This document shows, piece by piece, positions 36,813-42,904 of a stretch of 42,904 nucleotides of DNA (its first letter is position 1; each line of letters starts with the position of its first letter). The DNA comes from Candidatus Moraniibacteriota bacterium (GTDB taxonomy: Bacteria; Patescibacteriota; Minisyncoccia; Moranbacterales; UBA1568). Location: contig JAAXTX010000006.1 in the NCBI GenBank assembly GCA_013336285.1, positions 1 through 42,904 of the forward strand. The letters are read 5' to 3'. Both the position numbers and the translations under genes were made by a program. The notes below the pieces were generated by a model, which saw nothing but the letters and a program-made list of their open reading frames with translations, was not told the DNA's origin and ran no database searches.

Positions 36813-38225
36813 TTATTTTCTATTTTCTAATGCTGAAATCTCCTTAATGAGCGCTTCGGCGAGCGATTCGGCTTCTTCGGTGGTCTTTGCTTCGGTATAG
36901 ATGCGGATGATCGGCTCGGTATTCGAAGAACGCAAATGGACCCACGAGTCGGGAAAATCGAGCTTGAGTCCGTCGCGGGTATCGGCCAAGGCTTCGGGAT
37001 GTGCTGCCGAGATCGTTTCGAACAGTTCGGAAAGTCTGTCTTTCGGTATCGAGATCTCGAGTTTCTTTTTGGCCATTTCGTAGATCGGCAGCGTCTTTCG
37101 ATAGTCGGACAGACTTTTTGATTCTCCTTCCGCGCGCCCCTCCCGCCAATCGGAAAATGCCTGCACGAAGAGTGCGACTCCCACGAGCGCGTCGCGACCG
37201 TAGTGGAGCGCGGGCAGGATAATCCCGCCGTTCCCCTCGCCGCCGATCGTCGCCTGTTCCTCTTTCATCACCGCGACTACGTTCGCCTCCCCTACCCTGG
37301 CGCTTACGCATTTCTGTCCGTATCTTCCGGCTATGTCGCGGAGGGCTCGGCTGCTCGAGAGATTGTTCACGACCGTCCCGGGATTTTTCCGCAGGTAGAA
37401 ATCCGCACAGGAGACAAGCGTATATTCCTCGCCGAAGAGAGTGCCGTCTTCCTGGACGAGCGCGAGTCGGTCGACATCCGGATCGACGATGATACCGAAA
37501 TCGCAGTCCGATTCCTTCACTCTCGCGACAGTTTCCGCGAGATTGTCGATGATCGGTTCCGGATTACGGGGAAAGATGCCGCTTCCTCCGCAGGCGAGTT
37601 TCTCGATATGGGACACTCCCAATCGCGTGCAGAGTTCGGGAATGATTTCGGATCCGGCACCTTCTACGGCGTCGACAAGGACGCGGAAACCCTGCTTTCT
37701 CACCTGGTCGGTGTCGACGAAGGGAAGACCGAGTATCTTACCGATATGCATCTCGTCGGCCGACGTATCTTCCGTCACGGTGCCGATACCGTCCCACTTT
37801 GCCGGTTCGTATGATTCGGATTTCACGATGGAGAGAAAATCCGCGAGCTGGTCCGGGTCGAGGAATTCTCCGAGGGAGTTCAGGAGTTTGAGCGCGTTCC
37901 ACTGTATCGGATTGTGCGAGGCGGTGACGATGATCCCTCCGTCCGCGGATCGTTCCGTGACGGCGAGCTCGACGGTCGGCGTGGTGGCGATACCGAGATC
38001 GATAACGTCGATGCCGGAGAGCGCGAGCGTGCGCGCGACGAGAGAGGAGATCGTGTCGCCGGATGGTCGCGTGTCCCGACCGAGAATGACAATCGGCTTC
38101 CCTTCCCCCGCGTGTCGCTTTCCGATCCACGCGGCGAAGCCTTCGACGTATGCGACGATATTTTTCGGCGTAAGGTCTTCCCCGACGATGCCCCGGATGC
38201 CGGAGACGCTGATCATGAGAGACAT
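36813..38225 (-). CDS. Alpha-D-phosphohexomutase (phosphoglucosamine mutase/phosphomannomutase)
   Basis: SGIRG, GRDTRPSG, TASHNP, DPDVDR, VGEANV, GGEGNGG, RSSNTEPIIRIY.EA. Confidence 0.95.
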   Translation of the reverse strand: MSLMISVSGIRGIVGEDLTPKNIVAYVEGFAAWIGKRHAGEGKPIVILGRDTRPSGDTISSLVARTLALSGIDVIDLGIATTPTVELAVTERSADGGIIVTASHNPIQWNALKLLNSLGEFLDPDQLADFLSIVKSESYEPAKWDGIGTVTEDTSADEMHIGKILGLPFVDTDQVRKQGFRVLVDAVEGAGSEIIPELCTRLGVSHIEKLACGGSGIFPRNPEPIIDNLAETVARVKESDCDFGIIVDPDVDRLALVQEDGTLFGEEYTLVSCADFYLRKNPGTVVNNLSSSRALRDIAGRYGQKCVSARVGEANVVAVMKEEQATIGGEGNGGIILPALHYGRDALVGVALFVQAFSDWREGRAEGESKSLSDYRKTLPIYEMAKKKLEISIPKDRLSELFETISAAHPEALADTRDGLKLDFPDSWVHLRSSNTEPIIRIYTEAKTTEEAESLAEALIKEISALENRK

Positions 38226-38255
38226 AAATTGCTTTGATTCATCACGACATGAAGT

Positions 38256-38296
38256 ATATATGAGCAAAAAAAACTGTCCATACCCAGGGCATCGGG
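38256..38296 (-). terminator. Intrinsic terminator
   Basis: ACTGTCCA/TGGACAGT stem with an 8-U tract. Confidence 0.7.
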
Positions 38297-38331
38297 CGTG
38301 GACAGTGCGTAACGGACGGTTCATCGGGAAA

Positions 38332-38880
38332 TCAACCGAGTATGCGGACCTTTTCCCCGGAAAAAAACAGGAACTCCCCGTCATAGGTGATGCAGTGGTT
38401 CATATTCGATACCGTTTCATAGATGAATATGGCACCATATTTTTTCAACTGGAAAATAATCCCGACCGGACTTCTCGGCTCCCCTATCCGTATGAATTTT
38501 TCATCGGACTGGATCGAGACGTTCTCGTCGGCCCCATGATGTACGTCCATGACCTTCGAAAACGGATTCCAGTGGATATGTGCGGGAACATCGATTCGCA
38601 GCAGACAGAGACAGGCATCGACTTCCAGGCGATGTTTTTTCGTGGCGCTGTCGTCGAGGACGACCGACCATTCCTCAGGGGTCAGATCCCTGACGGTGGA
38701 ATCATCAAGGGCGAATCTTGAAACGATAAGATGGAAGCCTGGAGGGTGAGCGATCGGCAATACGCCGTCCGATGTGCGGATGAGGACGTGATGTTCTTCA
38801 TGCGTGTCGGGTCCGTTGAGGGAGAACGAACGATTGTCGTTGTCGAAGGGCCAATTGGAAAATAGTTTGCGGAATATCAT
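38332..38880 (-). CDS. Hypothetical protein
   Basis: GAGGG SD; upstream TTGACA-17-TACTAT promoter (39054-39026); downstream terminator. Confidence 0.65.
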   Translation of the reverse strand: MIFRKLFSNWPFDNDNRSFSLNGPDTHEEHHVLIRTSDGVLPIAHPPGFHLIVSRFALDDSTVRDLTPEEWSVVLDDSATKKHRLEVDACLCLLRIDVPAHIHWNPFSKVMDVHHGADENVSIQSDEKFIRIGEPRSPVGIIFQLKKYGAIFIYETVSNMNHCITYDGEFLFFSGEKVRILG

Positions 38881-39075
38881 GTAGCATGCCCTCTTCGTTT
38901 GTCGTTGTGCTGATCGGAGATACGGCCAGCGCTCCTGAAGTCTCCGGCGGTGAGGCGTCGGGAGCGCCGGTCGTTTCCGTGCGTTTGTGAAGGAGCAATA
39001 GCCCGATATTTACGGGATAAGCGACATAGTACTCGCTTGACCGGGTGGTGTCAATCGGAAATCGTTCCGAGGAAG

Positions 39076-39109
39076 AAAAAAAACAGCCCATATTCATGAT
39101 AGGGCTGTT
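39076..39109 (-). terminator. Intrinsic terminator
   Basis: AACAGCCC/GGGCTGTT stem with a U-tract. Confidence 0.7.
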
Positions 39110-39130
39110 CGGTGGATACCGGGACCGATT

Positions 39131-39385
39131 TCAGTGCCAGTTGTATTCCTGTCCTTCCTTCCGACGGAGTTCCTCCTCCTCCTTCCGTCTCTTTTCCTCC
39201 GCCACGATTTCCTTTCCGTGGTTCTTGCTTCTTTGGGCCATGTCTCCTTTGGCTATTTCCGCTTTCTCGGCGGCCTCTTCCTCGCGTTCCAAGCGAGCGC
39301 GTTCAAGTCTGGCAAGTCTGGCCTCTTCGGCGGAGTCGAACAACGGGTATCCTTTTCCAAGGAAGTCCGGCTGCATTTTTTCCAT
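39131..39385 (-). CDS. Small E/K/R-rich coiled-coil protein
   Basis: Charged helical composition; upstream TGATATAAT; downstream terminator. Confidence 0.65.
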   Translation of the reverse strand: MEKMQPDFLGKGYPLFDSAEEARLARLERARLEREEEAAEKAEIAKGDMAQRSKNHGKEIVAEEKRRKEEEELRRKEGQEYNWH

Positions 39386-39536
39386 AGGCGCTGGTATTCG
39401 TTTATTACGTCCGGAATCATGTGCCGATTATATCAGTTCTTCGTGGAATATCGAAAATTCCGAAATCCGTAAAACGCGGGAACCGCAGGCGCGAGACACT
39501 CTCGGTCGATTCGCATGCGATCACGCATATACAGGA

Positions 39537-39707
39537 CTATCCGGATCGCTCACCGAGTTTGAAACCGACATAGATGCCGAACAGTCCCCCGATGCAGCTC
39601 CAAAATATGGAGGACATGGAAAATACGCTTTCACCCCACAGCGACGGGACATAGCCTCCGACCGCCGAACCTGCGAAGAGAAACAGATAGATGAACTTTT
39701 TGGTCAT
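39537..39707 (-). CDS. 56-aa two-TM glycine-rich membrane protein (absent from the ORF track)
   Basis: MTKKFIYLFLFAGSAVGGYVPSLWGESVFSMSSIFWSCIGGLFGIYVGFKLGERSG*; ATGA overlap with the NUDIX stop. Confidence 0.75.
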   Translation of the reverse strand: MTKKFIYLFLFAGSAVGGYVPSLWGESVFSMSSIFWSCIGGLFGIYVGFKLGERSG

Positions 39708-40264
39708 AGCAGTGTTTTCAATTTCGATACGAATCGGTGCATGTGCGGATCGAACGGGGCGATATCCGAATCGAGGATTTCATCGAATGAAAACCATCTG
39801 ACGCCGTTGAATTCCCGCTTCTCATATTCGATGGGATCGTTCGCGTTTCCCTTGATGACATACCACAGGCTCACATCCGTATGTCCGGCGGTTTTTCCGA
39901 CGGTCGTCATCTGCGTGATTAGACAGGGAACGTCGAAGATGAAGTTCGATTCCAAGCCAAGCTCTTCCATCGACTCGCGTTCGACGGTCGTTCCCGGATG
40001 TTCACCCGGTTCCACGTGCCCTCCGGCCGGTAGCCAGAGTTCCGCCTTGATATGATCCACGAGGAGCAGGGAACTCCGTTTCACATCGACCACGGCGAAA
40101 TAGGATATGAGATGTTTCGGCGGGATGTCCGGTTTCGCGACGCGGAATATCTCGGCACCGCTCGCGATCCATTCCAGGGCATCCTTCCGGTGATTCCGTT
40201 CGATCTCATCGACGGGAACGATGTCGCATATGATTTTCGCGATGGTTTCACGTATGTCGTTCAT
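39704..40264 (-). CDS. NUDIX hydrolase
   Basis: WLPAGGHVEPGE....TVERESMEELG Nudix box. Confidence 0.92.
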   Translation of the reverse strand: MNDIRETIAKIICDIVPVDEIERNHRKDALEWIASGAEIFRVAKPDIPPKHLISYFAVVDVKRSSLLLVDHIKAELWLPAGGHVEPGEHPGTTVERESMEELGLESNFIFDVPCLITQMTTVGKTAGHTDVSLWYVIKGNANDPIEYEKREFNGVRWFSFDEILDSDIAPFDPHMHRFVSKLKTLL

Positions 40265-40292
40265 AAATACGGTTCGGACGGGTTACGGATGA

Positions 40293-40883
40293 TCAGTCTG
40301 ACAATTCGAACCCGCTCGATTGGCCGAAACCGATGAATCCTCCGACATCGAGCTTCGCCTTCTCGATCCTGCATTCGGCGAACTGCGTGCCGGCGAGTGA
40401 TGCTCCGGTGAAGTCGGTTCCTTTCAATACGCATCTATTCAGCGCGACCCGATCCAGTGTCGCCTGTTTGAAATCCGTTTCCGTCAGGTCGCACGACATG
40501 AATACGCTTCCGGTCAGATCCGTTTCCCGAAACGTACACGTACTCAGGTCGAATCTTTTCGGGGACGGGTTTCTTGCGGCTTGGAGTTTCTGAAAGACGC
40601 AGTTCCGCATCACGGCCCCGGAGAAGTCGCAGTCCCGGAAGGCCACTTGGTACAGGTTCAGGTCGGAGAGCTTGCTTTCCGGAAAGGAGCATCCCGTGAA
40701 ATTCGTCCCCTCGAAGGAAACGGACGAAAAATCGCACATCATGAAATCGCAGCGACTGAAAGCCGTGAACCGGAGTTTCGTATCGGGAAACGAACATCGT
40801 ACGAACCTGCAATCCGAAAATTGCCGTCCGGCCAACCCGTCTTCCTCGAACACATTTTCTTCGTAGGTCTCGATATCGCCCAT
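40293..40883 (-). CDS. Pentapeptide-repeat protein (Qnr/MfpA-like fold)
   Basis: Continuous [S/T/C/A][D/N/R/S][F/L]xx repeats. Confidence 0.9.
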   Translation of the reverse strand: MGDIETYEENVFEEDGLAGRQFSDCRFVRCSFPDTKLRFTAFSRCDFMMCDFSSVSFEGTNFTGCSFPESKLSDLNLYQVAFRDCDFSGAVMRNCVFQKLQAARNPSPKRFDLSTCTFRETDLTGSVFMSCDLTETDFKQATLDRVALNRCVLKGTDFTGASLAGTQFAECRIEKAKLDVGGFIGFGQSSGFELSD

Positions 40884-40907
40884 CACGTTTTTATCGGGTG
40901 AATGATA

Positions 40908-41264
40908 TCATGCCACGACTTTCCATCTCCTGAATCCCGTCGCCTTTCCCAGGGAATCGAGTCGGACGTAATACGATCCGCGGACATCGTGAACGATCCC
41001 GTTTCCATCTTCGAATGTCAGTTCATACATCGCCATTCCACCGCTATCTTCCGTGAGAAGAGAAACGATCTCGAGCCTGGATATGTTTTGATCCCGTATC
41101 CCCTGCCATGCTTCCCGTACCGTCTCCCACGAAGTCAGCGGTGGCGCGAACGGATTCTCGAAATATTCGAAATCGTTTGAAAGCAATTCCCGCACGCCCT
41201 CGATGTCCTTATCGATCCATACTCGTTTCAGTTCTGCGAACCAATGTTCAACGTGATTTTTCAT
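40908..41264 (-). CDS. NTF2-like/SnoaL-like protein
   Basis: W...W...D....L..D..Y.E.PF..P pattern and C-terminal beta strands. Confidence 0.8.
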   Translation of the reverse strand: MKNHVEHWFAELKRVWIDKDIEGVRELLSNDFEYFENPFAPPLTSWETVREAWQGIRDQNISRLEIVSLLTEDSGGMAMYELTFEDGNGIVHDVRGSYYVRLDSLGKATGFRRWKVVA

Positions 41265-41416
41265 AGACGAGAGATCATCCGGGATAAAAGGCGAAATTAC
41301 CGGGTTCGGTACGGCAGCCTTAATGGTATGCGAATCCGATCGCGGAAGCAAATCGGTGAAAAGATTGCCTTACGTCGATAAATGGACTATCGTGTATTGA
41401 TTCTTTCGTCACGAAT

Positions 41417-42661
41417 ATGATTTCATACGACGTAGCCGTAATCGGAGGAGGACCGGCCGGCATGATGGCCGCAGGACGCGCGGCCGAGTGCGGCGCGAGC
41501 GTCGTACTGTTCGAAAAGAACGACACGCTTGGCAGGAAACTCCTACTGACCGGAAACGGCAGATGCAACCTGACGAACGCGACGTACGATCGGAACCTGT
41601 TTCTCTCGAAGTTTCCCGATGCCGCGAAATTTCTGTATTCACCGCTCGCCGCGTTCGGAGTCCAAGACACCCTGGACTTCTTCGCTTCGCACGGTGTTCC
41701 GACAAAGATCGAAGCGGAAAATCGCGCTTTCCCGACCAGTGATCGTGCCGAATCGGTACTCAGGTCGCTTGAACGGTACATGCTGCGCGGCGGCGTGAAG
41801 CTGCTGTCCGATACGGAGGTTGTCGGCATCGATGCGGATGCCGATACCATAAAGGGGGTGCGTCTTGGGAATGGGGATATCGTACGCGCCCGAGCGTACG
41901 TGCTTGCGACCGGAGGAAAGTCGCATCCGGAGACCGGGTCCACGGGTGACGGATTCCGCTGGCTGAGGGACATCGGCCACACGGTCATCGATCCGCGTCC
42001 GGCTCTCGTTCCCGTTCGGATCCGTGAGCGTTGGGTTCATTCGCTCTCAGGTGCGAGTTTCGCGGATGTGCGAATGACGATCGTTCAGGATGGAAAAAAA
42101 GTCCGGCATGGAGACGGAAAGATTCTCTTTACGCACTTCGGTCTGAGTGGACCCCTCACGCTCAATATGAGCCGGGATATCGATACGTTTATGAAGGACG
42201 GTGAAGTGGGGCTTGTCATCGATCTGTACCCGCATGCCGACGCCGGAGAAATCGACGAACGGGTACGAGCGTATTTCGATGCGAACAAGAACAGGCAGAT
42301 CAAGAACGCCCTGGACGGGCTTATTCCCCCGCTTTGCATTCCCGTACTTCTGAAAGTTTCCGGTATCGGACCCGATAAACCGGTTCATAGCGTCACCAAA
42401 GAAGAACGCATTGCTCTCGTACACGCCCTGAAAGCTCTCAGGATGACCGTAGAGGGCCTTCTTGGCGCCGATCAGTCAATCGTGACCAGCGGAGGAATCG
42501 CGCTCAAGGAAGTCGATTTTAAGCACATGAGGTCAAGAATGTATCCGAATCTGTATCTCGTGGGCGACATTCTCGATATTCATCGGCCATCCGGCGGGTA
42601 TAGCCTTCAACTTTGTTGGACTACGGGCTATGTCGCCGGAACGTTCGCGGGCTCGGAATAG
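41417..42661 (+). CDS. HI0933/BaiN-family flavoprotein (YhiN/RdsA-like)
   Basis: IGGGPAGMMAA, GRKLLLTGNGRCNLTN, ATGGKSHP.TGSTGDG, LFTHFGLSGP, TSGG, GGYSLQ.CW.TG. Confidence 0.95.
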   Translation: MISYDVAVIGGGPAGMMAAGRAAECGASVVLFEKNDTLGRKLLLTGNGRCNLTNATYDRNLFLSKFPDAAKFLYSPLAAFGVQDTLDFFASHGVPTKIEAENRAFPTSDRAESVLRSLERYMLRGGVKLLSDTEVVGIDADADTIKGVRLGNGDIVRARAYVLATGGKSHPETGSTGDGFRWLRDIGHTVIDPRPALVPVRIRERWVHSLSGASFADVRMTIVQDGKKVRHGDGKILFTHFGLSGPLTLNMSRDIDTFMKDGEVGLVIDLYPHADAGEIDERVRAYFDANKNRQIKNALDGLIPPLCIPVLLKVSGIGPDKPVHSVTKEERIALVHALKALRMTVEGLLGADQSIVTSGGIALKEVDFKHMRSRMYPNLYLVGDILDIHRPSGGYSLQLCWTTGYVAGTFAGSE

Positions 42662-42683
42662 CCTTATTCTCTCTTAGGGTCAA

Positions 42684-42717
42684 TACCCCGCAGCTCTGCT
42701 GCGGAATATGATACAAT
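42684..42717 (+). repeat. IS200-type left-end hairpin plus extended -10
   Basis: TACCCCGCAGCTCTGCTGCGG, then TGATACAAT 6 nt before the tnpA ATG. Confidence 0.8.
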
Positions 42718-42723
42718 CCGGGC

Positions 42724-42904
42724 ATGAGCCTCTACCTCCACAAAAGTCATAATGTCAGTTGTCTCGTCTATCACATCGTCTGTCCGATAAAATACCGACG
42801 CGTCGTGATTTCGGAACTGGTTGACCAGACCATCAAGGATACCTGCCTTGACATCGCGAAACGATACGACATCCACTTCCTCGAGATCGGAACGGACAAG
42901 GATC
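42724..42904 (+). mobile_element. tnpA: IS200/IS605-family transposase TnpA, N-terminal fragment (truncated by window end)
   Basis: MSLYLHKSHNVSCLVYHIVCPIKYRRVVISELVDQTIKDTCLDIAKRYDIHFLEIGTDKD; YHIV...KYR is typical of Y1 transposases, and the frame ends just before the expected HUH motif. Confidence 0.92.

Noticed and set aside
37441-38721. Long antisense ORFs (also 5867-7027, 22443-23420, 27625-28623, 32760-33914, 39045-40055)
   Set aside because: Shadow frames opposite well-supported genes; no recognisable motifs; expected from codon bias.
42664-42876. 70-aa minus-strand ORF
   Set aside because: Antisense to the tnpA fragment.

Overview
Chromosomal segment of a small-genome bacterium, most consistent with Patescibacteria/CPR (Parcubacteria, possibly Moranbacteria-like; inferred from gene content and style, not from a database search). 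Both window ends fall inside an IS200-type (Y1 HUH) transposase in the same orientation: the 3' end and right hairpin at 2-119, and the left hairpin and 5' end at 42684-42904. The window is therefore probably a contig broken at two IS copies. Contents: a ~14 kb surface-glycan locus (GT-C-like membrane protein, nucleotide-sugar dehydrogenase, GT2/GT4 enzymes, EamA transporter, O-antigen-ligase-like protein, LCP); ctpA; a Ham1-family pyrophosphatase; CIRCE-controlled groES without groEL; priA-def-fmt; CapA, ThpR, TagA-like and M23 genes; a PD-(D/E)XK nuclease; a pseudouridine synthase; NAD kinase; a phosphohexomutase; NUDIX/pentapeptide/NTF2 genes; and an HI0933 flavoprotein. Most notable observations: (1) a symmetric 11-6-11 dif-like site near where gene polarity flips; (2) a Ham1 enzyme whose hypoxanthine-recognition residues are substituted; (3) two tandem paralogous ORFans, one ending in an SSB-like DYIPF tail; (4) a stack of promoter- and terminator-bounded small RNA units upstream of NAD kinase; (5) a candidate Arn/Gtr-like lipid-carrier glycosylation pathway; (6) a PriA lacking ATPase motifs; (7) leaderless core genes alongside SD-led monocistronic accessory cassettes. 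No tRNA, rRNA or CRISPR array was recognised.
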